A stretch of DNA of 64,000 bases, taken from assembly GCA_964016885.1 (NCBI GenBank), contig OZ024740.1, positions 269,204,001-269,268,000 of the forward strand, in the 5' to 3' direction. This document shows, one piece after another, positions 26,059-39,031 of the stretch. The notes beneath the pieces are model-generated. The model was not told where the DNA came from. It saw only the letters and a list, made by a program, of their open reading frames with translations, and did no database searches. Positions within the stretch are counted from its first letter, which is position 1, and every line of letters starts with the position of its first letter. The stretch is from Eledone cirrhosa. Lineage: Eukaryota. The position numbers were made by a program, and so were the translations under genes.

Positions 26059-27734
26059 CTGTGGTAAAAATTCAAATAACAGTATTAATGGTTCTTTGCA
26101 GATTACAAAAAGAAAGCTTAAGAAAGAGAAAGACAAAGTTGTAATCTACATGCATTTTTTAAAGAAATTAAGTGTGTAAATGAAACACTCCAACTGGAAA
26201 TGAAAACTTAATTGTAGATTGCTATCAGCCTTGAAGTTACACTGAAGCATGACACCAGATTCATAATATAGTAATCATGTTCATATTGTGCAAGAGTATG
26301 AAGAGTTAAGTAATACTTCATTCTAGTTGCCAAAATCTAAAACTGTATAATACCAATGGAATTAGTTCACCATAGATGCATGACAATTGTTGATTTGTAT
26401 TCAGTGAAAGATATTAGTTAAGTCTGATTGAACAAAGAATAACAGGAAAGTAATTAATCAAATCCTTGAAGCTGATTAACTTTACAGGCTTAGCACACAA
26501 GGTTCAACAACTTTCCTTAACTTTTGTCCTAGTATTTGACTAGTAGGCAGGAAAATTGATATTCTGTATCTATGGTCTGTGCAATATGCACATAAGGCAT
26601 TTCTGAAGAAATAGTAGATTAAATTGCTAATATTTTAATTCTATTTCACTAATTTGATCTACTATACTGATATCTTGAATAACATAATTGCAAGTATCAC
26701 CACCTTTCTTCTATACTGGCAGTTTCCAAGAAGTTTAAGTAAAACTTTTTGATAATTAAATCTGTCCAGAGATAAAAGTATAGATTATGTCCAGAGATTG
26801 AAATTGTTAGCTGCAGGTATATTTAAACAGTAATATTAAACTTTAAATCTTGCCTGTATTGATTTAGTTACTTATTATTTTAGGATTTACAGCATATATA
26901 ACTAAACAGAGAATCAACTTAAGCATGCCTTTCCAAAACAACTGACATTCGACAAATTTTACTATAATTGAGTCTTAGTAAGATAAAATTTGATGGTTTA
27001 GTGTCATACCCAAGAATAAAGATGAAAGACATTCAATTAACCGGATGTAAATCAGGATAAATTTAAATCTTTAAGTCAACTTGACAGAAAGTACTAGAAA
27101 CATTAAAGATTTTATCAAAATATTTAATGTAAATTTTATTTTGAGTTACTATTATGGTGTAAACTGATTTGATTGCAAGTTAGGCCTCTCACTATGTGCT
27201 ATTGGTATTAATAGCTTTCAAGAGAAGCAGAAGTTGGTGGATACAGAATACTAATCAATGATATTTATATGAATATGTGATAACAGCAGCATAATGGAAT
27301 ATCTTTTTTCATTCAGACAAATTTATTCAACATTATTATCTTGCCATTTAGATGATAAAACCTGTGTTTCATTTTGTTTCAGAATTTGAATAAGTTCTGT
27401 TTTTCTTTGATAAAATTTTGAATGTTAGTGATCATGTTTGTAAAAACGTCCAGAATTAGGTGGTGAATTGTCAGAGTTTTTAGGAGCATAGGACAAAATG
27501 TATTTGTTTTGGTTCTCTGTGCTTTGAATTCAAATCCTGCTGAGGTCAACTTTGTATTTCAACCTTTCAGGGTCAATAAATTAAAGTACCAGTCCAGTGG
27601 GGTGCACTGGCAGAATTGTCAGTGTTGTACAAAATGCCTTGCAATATTTGTTCTGGATCTTGGCCTTCTTAGTTCCACTCCCTGTTGTAGCTTATTTGGG
27701 GTGGTAGACTTAATTTATCAACCAGTTTAACACC

Positions 27735-27915
27735 ATAGTATTGGTAGATGGTCGGACGCCATGCTTTGCAGCATAGGGTTATGGCCCTTTATGATCTGAG
27801 TTCAAATCCTGCTGAGGTTAACTTTGCCTTTCATCCTTACAGGGTCAATAAAATAAAGCACCAGTAATGCACTGGGGTAATTGCTGGTCTTGTGCCAAAA
27901 GTAGCAACAATTATC
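27735..27915 (+). mobile_element. SINE family A (an older copy lies at about 27460-27600)
   Basis: Matches the family A consensus. Confidence 0.8.
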
Positions 27916-28741
27916 TAGCCCTTTGGTACCTTTATTGGAGTCCACTTTATTATTAGCAACAAGCCAACAACAATACCTGTCTTCCTTAACACTCCATTAA
28001 AGGGTAAGAGAACCTCAACTTATGTGGTTCCAATTTTAATTCAAATTAAGCTTTCAATTACCATGGCAATCACAGCTTTTGACATTCAACAAACTTTCTT
28101 TTTCATATAAGCTTGAATTATATTTCTATCCTGTTTACTATTATACAGGTTTACTTTGAAGTTATGTGGTTCCAATTTTAATTCAAAATAACAACTTTTA
28201 AGGCATCTTTTTCCATGATTCTTGGTTTACTATTATTTTGTGTGTGAAATTTGGTAAATGGAAACCTTTGCAGAAGCCCATCATGTACATACACATGTGT
28301 GTACATATATGTGAGTTGGTGTTTGTCTCTACATATCAGTAAGAAATTTGCATATAAACTGATGCATCCAATAAAAATAGCTTATGGCATTTATTCCTCC
28401 TGATTTGCACAGATTCTCTTGTACTTCTTACACTCATATTTCACTCTTACTGTCAGAAATGCAATAAACCAGTGAATAGCCAAATGGAAGTATATAACCA
28501 AAAATTATCTTGGTCTCAAATTACATGGTATAAAAAAATATTGAAAACTTTATATATTTGTTTCAGCAATAAACAGCACATCCTAGCTGCTTAAACATCT
28601 CTTTAAAAACATCTCTTTAAAAAAAATTCAAATCTTTTACTGAGTTAAAGAACAAAATAAAGGATATTTCTAAACAATTTAAAAGCTTGTACTGTTATCA
28701 GCAGAAATTCAAGTAAATTTAAACATAAGGAATAAACTTAC

Positions 28742-28817
28742 TATTTAAGAGTTTTTTAGTTTGAGGCCTGAGCAGGTCATTTGGAAGTTGGTACATAATT
28801 AACAACCAATCAATAAA
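28742..28817 (-). CDS. FOCAD: Focadhesin-like exon (76 nt)
   Basis: cag|FIDWLLIMYQLPNDLLRPQTKKLLN|gtaagt; recalled human FIDWLFSIMESP; phases 0/1. Confidence 0.85.
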
Positions 28818-29349
28818 CTGCAATGATACAGAGAATGAAAATGACATATAAGAGATAAAATAGACAAGTTGAATGTGAAGCATATAAATGGTTAGTGTAA
28901 ATGGGACGCTGTTTAAATATTCTATAGAAATTAGATGATGATGATGAAAATAATGGTAGTGGTGATGATGATGACGACGACAAAGATGACAATGGTAATG
29001 ATGATAATGGATGTGATAATGATAACAAAATTGATGAGATGACCCTAATTAGTATCATTAATTATGAGGATGATGATAATGATGCTGATAACGAGGATCA
29101 TTGTAATTTGATCTAGATTGACATTCTTTAAAGATTTATATTATTCTGCTCAATGTTCTAAATATTTTCACATGAATGCATTATCTGCAGTATTAAGAAG
29201 ATGAGAAACTGAAGAGTTCAAGCAGCTAGGTAGGAATTGCGATTTAAATAAACAATAATTTATGCAGTGACATTTCTTTGCATAACCTGGCATCTGTTCT
29301 CTAGCCATGGAAACTGAAGTGAAGTAAATAGAAATAACTTGACTTTAAA

Positions 29350-29525
29350 TCATCATCATCATCACCATCACCACCACAACCACGACCAACCCCATCATCA
29401 CCATTGGTGTCATCCTCGCCATCACTATCATCCTCATCACCATCACCATCACCACAGCCACCACAACACCCATCATCACTATCGCTGTCATCATCGCCAT
29501 CACCATCATCATCACCATCATCATC
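29350..29525. repeat. Degenerate (CAT/CAC)n repeat; (GAT)n-rich tract at 28933-29100
   Basis: Seen directly. Confidence 0.85.
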
Positions 29526-30488
29526 TATTGTATATTTTCCATGCTAGAACTGTGATCTGTAAAAGGTAAATAATTCCCCAAACTATGCTACAAAGTTTCA
29601 CAGAATGGATTAATTTGCAAAATTTGTTAATGAACAATTCCAAATTAAATTAATCTAATTTTCAATAACTATATATAGATGACTTTGGACTTTTTGTCAC
29701 TTGACTAGTAAAGAAAAATTTCAGGATTAGGGGTTTCACACATTAGGTGACAGAAAATGAAGATAAGTGGTGATATGCTGTACGTACTGCAGAGTTGTAC
29801 AATATGAAGAAACATGCTAAAATATTGGTGATATGATGATGGTGATGATGTTTGAAACCTTTAACTATTAAAAATGAGTAAAGTGGTTAACCAAAATATA
29901 TGTATATATATATAGAACCATAACTCCCAATGGAGTTGTAGGGAAAATAGAGTGAAACACTTGAGTATTTTTAAAATTTGACAAAGCTTATCTCCTCTCC
30001 AGGTCTGAACATAGCCAATTTCTTGCAGACAAGAAGAGAAGAGAAAGAGAGTGATAGAGAGGAAATTAGATAGAGATATAGAGAAAGAATTGACCTCCTG
30101 TACCATTTTTTATTGACTTCAAAATGATGAAAGACAAAGTTGACCATAGAATATGGCATTTTTGGAATATGGACTAATTACTGCAAAGCATTCTAGCTGG
30201 CATTCTAATGATTCTAACAATTCACTGCCTTAACCCACATCATTATACAAATAATTTACCCAAATAAAAAGATTATCTCAAATGTGCAATATATGTAATC
30301 GTTGTAAATGCTACAGAAAATGTGCACCTTAATTCCAAGTGATAATTTCAAATGAATAATTTAGTGGATTAGAAAGCTATTTGCAAAAAAATAAAAAAAA
30401 TAAAATAAAATAATAATAATAATTTTAAGAAAAAAAGTTAAGCTAATGACAGTTAATTAAATTGAAAATGTAAAGGAAAGAAACTTGC

Positions 30489-30731
30489 CATGTTAAGTAC
30501 AGCTTTCCATGGTTCTCGGGTTAAGCCAATGACACAAGTTGGCAACAACTGAAGCCAATAATCAGGTTGATGCTTTAGAGAGAGAGAAATTTCCTCCATT
30601 TTCATATCATCTTGATGCTTTCCAACGAAATCCACCATAAAAGAAGGATGTTGACCAGATAATGTGCTGGCTGTAGATGATGTCCAACAACAAACTGCTG
30701 CAGAAACTATCTGAATTGCAAAATCTAAAGC
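30489..30731 (-). CDS. FOCAD: Focadhesin-like exon (243 nt) ending at a GC donor
   Basis: cag|ALDFAIQIVSAAVCCW...LLPTCVIGLTREPWKAVLNM|gcaagt; recalled human ALDFFLLIFATAVVAW..EPWKEQTQK. Confidence 0.85.
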
Positions 30732-31327
30732 CTGTGAAAGAAAAAATTAAACATGAAACAATTCATTAATCTATTGAACACTATGTAGCATGTTTTAAAA
30801 CTAATTTATAATGAACATAAAATTTTAGCTTTACTGGGCAAAGCCAATAAAGTTGTTATGCAACAGACTTTATTTTTCTCTGGGTAGAAATATTGAGTCA
30901 ATCTGACTAGTTTCTAGTCTTCTTAGACCTTCATTAGAGAAGGACTGTCCATATTCTACCACAGAGGTTAGTAACATATAACTATTTATAGTGGATACAA
31001 ATTAAGACTCAGCTAAATTGATTAATCTAATTTGATTGTATGGTCTGACAACATTAATTCTTAGTGTACCACACATCACTTTATTTTATAAATTGAAATG
31101 TATAGTTTTCATAACCATACAATTTTAATCTTGCTGTGCAAAATAAACAAAGTGTTGATACCACAGGTTTTTAACTTTTCACAGGCAGAAGTAGAATCTA
31201 GTTTCTAATTTACCTTTGTCAGAGAGAAAATACCTATGTTCTGTCCAATTCCACTAAACTCATAAGTTTAATTTGCATAATAGTGCAAACAATGACAATA
31301 GTGATTCATTAATTCATAGTTACAGTC

Positions 31328-31680
31328 TTTTTCTTCTTCTTCACCCCCTTATTCACGAGAGGGTCGTGAGGGCAGAGTTTTCAAGTACTTTTTCCAGTAG
31401 GTCTTGTCTGCAGCAAACGATTTCAATTGACCTAGCTGGATCCCCAAGCAAGACCAGTCAAGTTTGTGAATGTTATCCAACCATCTTGCTTGGAGTAAAC
31501 CCCAGGGTTTCTGGCCAACTGGCTGTGCCCATAAAATCTCTCCAGCAATTCTTTCTTGAGACATTCTAATCACATGCACATAATATTGGAGCCGTAATCT
31601 CTCAAATAAAAAACAAAGCAGCTCTACCTGGAGTGAATCTATAATCTCTGAGCTATGCACTCTATCGAGTAGCGCTATTT
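31328..31680 (-). mobile_element. RTE-like LINE 3' fragment
   Basis: ERLRLQYYVHVIRMSQERIAGEIL..GQKPWG..RWLDNI; GAA tail. Confidence 0.65.
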
Positions 31681-32408
31681 CAAATACCCTTCAGAGGAAC
31701 CCCATTTCAACCACTTGTATTCACAATCGCATTCTTTCAGCTATTAGTCAGTGTTTTAGCTAAACTGAAATGTAATGTATATATTATGTAAGAAATATAC
31801 AATGTTAAACAATATTAAACATGGTTTCAAAAGTTCTAACTTGTTTCTAGTCTTTCTAAATCTTCATCAGATGAAGATACCCATCTTCTGTCCATGGAGA
31901 GTTCAGTAGAGTATAGCTATTTACAGTGTACATCAATAGTTTTATCTATTTGTAATGATTTAATGCACTTTGTCAGCACATGCACCGCTTTGTGTATTGA
32001 CATTAGCTGGGTTAAACTTTGCATAAACTATGAGTAACTATAATCTGCCAATGAAATGTCAATCCTTATATCATCACTTTGTTTATTTTGCACAGTGAGG
32101 CTTAAATTGTATGCTTATTAAAAGACATTACACTTCAAATTTTAAAATAAAGTATAAAGCAATGGTAACAAAGAAACTAAGAAAAACAGAAAATCATCAT
32201 CATCATCACCGTTTAACATCCATTTTTCCATGCTAGCATGGTTTAGACAGTAAAATAAATGAGATAATTGTATTTAAAATAAAATAAAACACCAATCTTT
32301 TCTATATTTATTTTATTGCAATTTGAGTAGATTACCATTTAATTTCATTTTATTAGTTTTAAATTTATTTCAAAAACCACCAATATCTAATATATGTGTA
32401 TATATATG

Positions 32409-32444
<36 letters not shown>

Positions 32445-32490
32445 TGTATGTATGTATGTATGTATGTATGTATGTATGTATGTATGTATG

Positions 32491-35400
32491 TTCTTCTGGT
32501 TTTATAATTTCACAAATGTTTGCCAATAGAGAGAGTCGGTTTCTAACATAGACACAAGACTCTCTCATTGGAATTTACACAACATCAACTAGGTAGATAT
32601 GTATGCATGTCTGCATGCGTGCATTTGTAGATATGGATGTTATTGTATGTGTGGATGTGTATGTTTTGAGTTGTATGTGTACTTAGTATCTGTACATGTG
32701 TATATGCAGTTATTAGATGCACATTTTTTGGAATGTCTTACATATTTTTACTGGATTGTACTTGTAATTTCCTAACTAGTTGTGTTCTTTCTGTTCCTGT
32801 GAAGCCCAGCTTCTCAAGATTTGTATTGAGGCAGTTACTAACATGTCCCAGTGCCCCAATAATCATAGGCATAAATCTGAAGGTATAATCAGAGTGAAAT
32901 ATCTGCAGATTTCTCATCAGTTCTGCATAAATATTCTCCTTTTTGCTAATCTTTGATATTATATTGGCATCTGCTGGACTTCCACTACTGTGCATGCCTT
33001 TTCCCTGTATCATAATATCTGGTCTGTTATGCCTGCATTTTATTGGGGTTTTTACTGGAACATTCCACCAGTACTCTTTCATATTATGTATATGTATGTC
33101 TTCCACATTGCTGTAGCTTTTAATGTATTTATTATCGGGGCTATCTTTTCTAAGGATTGCATTGTACATTGTTTTGGCCACTATATCATGCCTCATAGGT
33201 AGATAGTACCGCGATGACATCTTTGGACAGCTGCTTTTGACATGGGTGACATCTTTGATGTTAATTCTACAGAGTCTGCACTTGTTATCACATCTAGGTG
33301 TTTTGCCTGCATCCCTATCTCTTTTGTGAATCAGGTATTTCATGTTGATTTCCTGTTCTTGGATTGCAAAAGTGTATCCTTCAAAGTAGGAGCTAATATA
33401 GCAGTTGTTGGTCCAAGATAGACTACTTTCTTTATCTATATTACTCTCACTCTGAAGATCCCTGGAAACATAATCATGCATGGTTTTTCATCCATGGATT
33501 CACTGCAATACTGCTGAGTAACTTCCCTGGATGTGAGTTTTTGATTATCACACAGGGAATACCTCTCGAGGAGTTCCTTCCCAACTCTCATGATCTTGCC
33601 CGAGAGATGGGCTCCTATGCTTTGAGGTTCGTAGATGTTGTCGGAGGGATATGATGCAATATTCAAATGCTGTCTGGACTGATGTTAGGCCTCTGCCTCT
33701 CTGCTTACGTTTCAAGTAAAGGCGGTCTATGTCACTGTTGATGTGGAAGTTTCCGGAGTTGTTTAGTATTTTTCAAGTTCCAACATCAACTGCTCGGATT
33801 TCGTCTATCATCCAATTGAGTATTCCAAACGTTGGTGTTAGGACAGGCACAGCAAACACATTGTGAGCCACAGTTTTGTTTTGCGCAGCGAGTTCCGAAG
33901 ATCACATATTTCTTAATTGGGTGTAGTATTCCCTAGTTACGCATTCCTTATTACAGATACCATTATAGGATATGTTCTCATCTATCCCCAGGTATCTGTT
34001 GCAGTCCTCATCAGATAATGGTGAAACAGTTAGGCCGTTGATACAAATGTTGCTAGTTTGGGTTGATGTTTTTCCCCGCTTTACAGTCATATATGAGCAT
34101 TTATCTTCGCCAAACTCCATTCCTATATCCTTTGAGAACGTTGTAACCAGGTCAAGATTTTTCTTCATCCCATCCATGTACTTAGCATAGAGTTTCAGAT
34201 CATCCACAAAGAAATTATGGGTTAGATTTGTATTTCTGTCCTCGTGTAAGCCAATGATGTATCCTTCACATTTCTTGAGCAGAAAGGACAAGCGTTTAAT
34301 GACAGGATGAATAATATCACGAGAGACTGTCTCCCTGAAATACACCCCTGTGATATTTTATTTTATCAGTGAAAATAGAGTCCTCCTTCTCTGTCTTTAA
34401 CTTTAGGATAGTAGCCCAGGAAGAAGACAGCTTCTCTATAGCTCTGATAATAATGTCTGGGACTTTAGCAAGTCGGAGGGCCTCTATCATCCAAGAGTGA
34501 GGAACAGAATCGAAAGCTTTCCTGTAGTCCAGCCAGACTGAAGCCATATTCCTCCTAAGTTGTTGCGCCTCCGACATCGCAGTTTTGTTGATTAGGAGTT
34601 GTTCAGCACATCCCCAAACCCCTTTCTTTCCAGCTGCTTGTTAATCTGTGATGATGTTATTATTTTCAGTGATCTTGGAGGAATAGGTTCAGGCAGGCTG
34701 TATACATCTTATACATCAGGTTCTGGCATGCAATGGGTCGGTAGTTTTTTGTCAGGTGGGTGTCTTTGTTCTTGGGGACCAGTAATGTTTGTGCTAATGT
34801 CAACCATTCTGGTATAAGTGTATCTCCCTTAAGAACTTGTTGGTAGAGGTCGGTAAGATACCTCCGATAGAATATCAGTTTTTTGTACCAGTAGCCGACA
34901 ATCATGTCTCTTCCTGGTGTTTTCTTATCTTGGAGTTTTCCTATCACAGTCTCAAGGGTACCCTCACTTATTTTGTATGTTTTTGTTGTAGTGTAGGAGC
35001 AATAGTTCTTTTGGATTCCTTTTAGCCACACTGCATCTTGGTTGACATTCTTCTTTTCACACCATATTTTTCTCCAAAAGGAATCTATGTCTTTCAGGGA
35101 TGGGGCCTCAGTGACACTTATTATTTTGCCCTTCATATCTCTATAGACTGATGTTTGGTTTCCTCTGAATCTTTTATTAAGCACTTTTCTTTCATCTACC
35201 TTCTTCAGGTATCGGCGTTTTTCGCTAACAGCTCTCAAATCTTGTTTGAGGGTGATTAGCTTATATTGAAGAGTTCTGGTTCTACTGTTACCAAATTTCA
35301 TCTCTATTTTATTTTTCACTCTTTGTTGGTGAGGAGTGAAGTTTTTTTGTGTTTGTTTGCATGTAAGGAGCATTGTCACATATCCTATGGTTTTTCGTAG

Positions 35401-36675
35401 GTCAGCATCCTTTTTTCTATTTTAGTTATATATGATGGTATTTTTGGTGGTGTTTTGTTCTTGTTAATATCTCTGCTATCACCAAGATAATGCTTCACTG
35501 TCGTTGCTAAGGCATATAAACAAGCGTTGATTTGCCAACATGTTGGGGTTTTTATCTGTCGTAAATATTAATTCCCTATTTCATCAATAACACGTATTAT
35601 TTCATTATTTGGTTTTTTATTAGAGGGCGGTGGATTGGCAGTATCGGTAGAGGGTTGGACGCCATGCTTTGATGTATAGAGTTACGGCCCTTGCCATTCT
35701 GAGTTCAAATCCCGCCGAAGTTAACTTTGCTTTTCATCCTTACGGGGTCGATAAAATAAAGTACCAGTAATGCACTGGAAATTGCTGGCCTTGTGCTAAA
35801 CGTAGAAACAATTATTTGTTTTTTTATTAAATATTGTTGTTTTAAAACGTTTAGCAAGAGAGATATTTAATCATGAATTAATTTCTCTCTGGAAGATTTC
35901 ATTGAGGGAAATTTTCAATTGTTTATACTTTTGATTATTATCATTATCGATAGTATTTTCCACAATAGTCAAGGTAGACTCGGATGTTACATGTGGTGTC
36001 AAATTTCTTCAATTATTATTATTATCGATAGTGTTTTCCCCCAGCATTCGAGGTAGACTTAGTTGGTACACGTAGTGTCAAATTTCTTACAGGCATAGTT
36101 GTTTCAAGGCACTGTTCAACCTGGCTATTAGGAAGTCTAGTAGCATGACGACCTGTAGTACGTGTTGTTGATTCCATATTTGTTGTGGGAGACTTACAAT
36201 TAATAATATTTATCTTATTTTTACGTTCAACAAAAGTCGCTTGTTGGCGTAATTGTTTCACTGTGAAGTGATTTAGCTCTGGGTGTATTTCATCCCAGTG
36301 TAGCTTCATTCTGTTCATATAGCCAATGGAGGGATTGTTTTTTGCCATTATATAACAATTAAATAAATCATCATTAAGAGAAATGCGATTTATAATTTCC
36401 GTTTCTTCCGTAGCAACAACTGAATAAATTTTTCTTCAGTATTCCACTGATGCTGTTGTTGATGTTGCGTTCAGCCATGCTATTTGTAGCAAATCCTTGT
36501 AAAATGAATTATGTATTTAGTCAGATATCTCTATGAATTCGAATAAAAGGTGTCTTCAGTAGATATAGTTAGAAGAATATCCAGTTATTCAACATGACTG
36601 GTAGTTGTGGCATTAATGTCGGAGATAGTATTCAGCTAAAATTTAATGAATAGTCTCCAACACCAATTCTCCATA
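32491..36675 (-). mobile_element. Near-full-length decayed R4/Dong-like RLE retrotransposon in a FOCAD intron
   Basis: GYMNRMKLHWDEIHP, KTPGRD, NYRPIAC, WLDYRKAFDSVPH, GVFQGDSLS, FFVDDLKLY, CRLC..HVKSSC, RHD, NRPD. Many frameshifts. 3' end abuts (CATA)n at 32418-32490. Confidence 0.9.
35623..35810 (+). mobile_element. SINE family A inserted into the R4/Dong ORF
   Basis: 19 bp TSD ATTATTTG(G/T)TTTTTTATTA at 35604-35622 and 35811-35829. Confidence 0.9.
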
Positions 36676-36723
36676 TATATAATATATATATATATAGTTA
36701 TATGTGTGTAAATATAATATATT

Positions 36724-37278
36724 GACAGTGTCACTGGACCGAGACCTTTGGCGGTACTCAGTAACAGAGAAAACCCGCCTTACCTAAATACAAAGTAAAA
36801 CCTACTACAGTCAGTAGGCATCTCTAACAAAGTACACCCCCGTCCCACGACCCCCACCCCATCCACACCGCCCCTTTCAATGCAAAGTTATGTTGGTGCC
36901 ACAACATCCGGGCCGAAACAAATGAGATCGTTTAGGTGTCACGACAAAAATCACACAGTCCACGCTGTAATGTGGCCGTGTAGGCAACACGGTAAAAACC
37001 TCCCAGTCCCACACTGTAAATGTGGTTGGTGTTAGGAAGGGCATGCAGCTGTAGAAAACATGCCAGACAGTCCACGCTGTAATGTGGCCGTGTAGGCAAC
37101 ACGGTAAAAACCTCCCAGCCCCACACTGTAAATGTGGTTGGTGTTAGGAAGGGCATCCAGCTGTAGAAAACCCGCCAGACAGTCCTATGCGAGCAAGACA
37201 ACCACTCTTGCCTCAAGTGGGAAAACCCCCGTCCAAACCCATGCAAGCTTGGAACATGGACGTTAAACGATGATGATG
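36724..37278 (+). mobile_element. 5'-truncated RTE copy (ORF end plus 3' UTR, GAT tail)
   Basis: Reverse complement of about 39032-39460; contains an internal duplication of about 113 bp. Confidence 0.8.
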
Positions 37279-37509
37279 ATATTTAGTTATATGTATATAT
37301 AATAGTTGTAAAGTGGACATATAGAAGACATGGCAAAAAGCACCCAGCACACACTGTCAATATGGTTGGCGTTAGGAAAGGCTTCCAGCCGTAGACAACC
37401 AGCCAGAAACACACCTGTATGAGCAAGACACAGTCACCCAAACCAACTTGCCTCTAAATAGGACCTGTCTAACCCATGCTAGCATAGAAGATACACGTTA
37501 CTCGATGAT

Positions 37510-37802
37510 GACATATATATACATATATATATATATTTATATATATATATATATATATAGTGTATATATGTATATATATGTGTATATATATATACATATA
37601 TATATATGTATATATATATATGTGTATATATAGGTATATATATGTATATATATACATACATACATATATATATATATGTGTATAAATATGTATATATATG
37701 TATATATATATGTATATATATATGTATATAAATGCATATTTATATATATACATATGTATATATATGTATAGATATGCATATATATATATACATATGTATA
37801 TA

Positions 37803-37838
<36 letters not shown>

Positions 37839-38095
37839 TATATATATGTGTATGTATATATATAGATATATGTATATATGTATGTATATATATATATGTG
37901 TATGTATATATATATAGATATATGTATATATGTATGTATATATATATGTGTATGTATATATATATGTGTGTGTATATATATATACATATATGTATATATA
38001 TATGTGTGTATATATATATATATATGTATATATATATGTGTGTATATATATGTATATATATATATACATATATATGTATATATATATGTGTGTAT
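37510..38095. repeat. (TA)n/(TATG)n microsatellite
   Basis: Seen directly. Confidence 0.95.
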
Positions 38096-38908
38096 AAAAA
38101 CAAATAACGAAACAAAATTAAATTTTGTTTCGTTTGTAACTCACTTTTGTATGACTGACGCTTAAACAATTAAGTTAAAAATGTACATCCACATATGTAT
38201 ACTGAAATACTAGTATGCATATGAATACACACACGTATACATATGTAGATGTACCGAGTTTTTCACTGGTCACTTTACTGTGAGTGTCCAGCTATTCTGT
38301 ATGTAAACACACAGACAAACCGGTTTTTAGAGTCATACTGGTTTTTGAGGAAAGACCTTTCCTCTATTTTCCAGAAAGCCAGACAAGGAATATTGAACTA
38401 GTTTCGTTGTTGTTACAACTCATCAGCAATATTTACCTATCTTCCGGCCTTTCTAGAGAATCGAGTTACAAACGAAACAAAGTTTAATTTCGTTTCGTTA
38501 TTTGTTTTTATCGTCTCCGTTGAACCGGTACGTACTCACGCTCTATGCAAATTAGTCTGCCCACTACTAATTTTCATAGAAAAAGCATATAACGATATGT
38601 GCTTTTACGATTCTCTAGAAAGGCCGGAAGATAGGTAAATATTGCTGATGAGTTGTAACAACAACAAAACTAGTTCAATATTCCTTGTCTGGCTTTCTGG
38701 AGAATAGAGGAAAGGTGTTTCCTCAAAATCCAGTATGACTCTAAAAAACGGTTTGTCTGTGTGTTTACATACAGAATAGCTGGACACTCACAGTAAAGTG
38801 ACCAGTGAAAAACTCGGTACATCTACATATGTATACGTGTGTGTATTCATATGCATACTAGTATTTCAGTATACATATGTGGATGTACATTTTTAACTTA
38901 ATTGTTTA
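38095..38908. mobile_element. Fold-back element (301 bp arms), probably Penelope-like pLTRs
   Basis: Arms 38163-38463 and 38608-38908; second IR 38095-38141/38463-38511; hammerhead motif in each arm; inserted in (TA)n. Confidence 0.7.
38389..38433 (-). ncRNA. Minimal type I hammerhead ribozyme motif
   Basis: AAUAUUG-CUGAUGA-GUUGU(AACA)ACAAC-GAAA-CUAG-UU-CAAUAUU: intact core, 7 bp stem I, 5 bp stem II, palindromic stem III ACUAGU. Confidence 0.75.
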
Positions 38909-39031
38909 TGTGTGTATATATATGTATATATATATATATATATATATACATATATATGTATATATGTGTATATATATATATGTATATATATGTATATATA
39001 TATATGTATATATATATACATATGTATATAT

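Noticed and set aside
28400-28485. Minus-strand AIHWFIAFL as the candidate FIDWL exon
   Set aside because: No proper splice sites; the exon at 28742-28817 fits in sequence and phase.
29339-29569. Poly-His ORF
   Set aside because: Degenerate CAT/CAC repeat, antisense within a FOCAD intron, with no gene structure.
38284-38787. Twin ORFs MSSYSVCKHTDKP on opposite strands (likewise 54090-54695)
   Set aside because: By-product of the inverted repeats, not genes.
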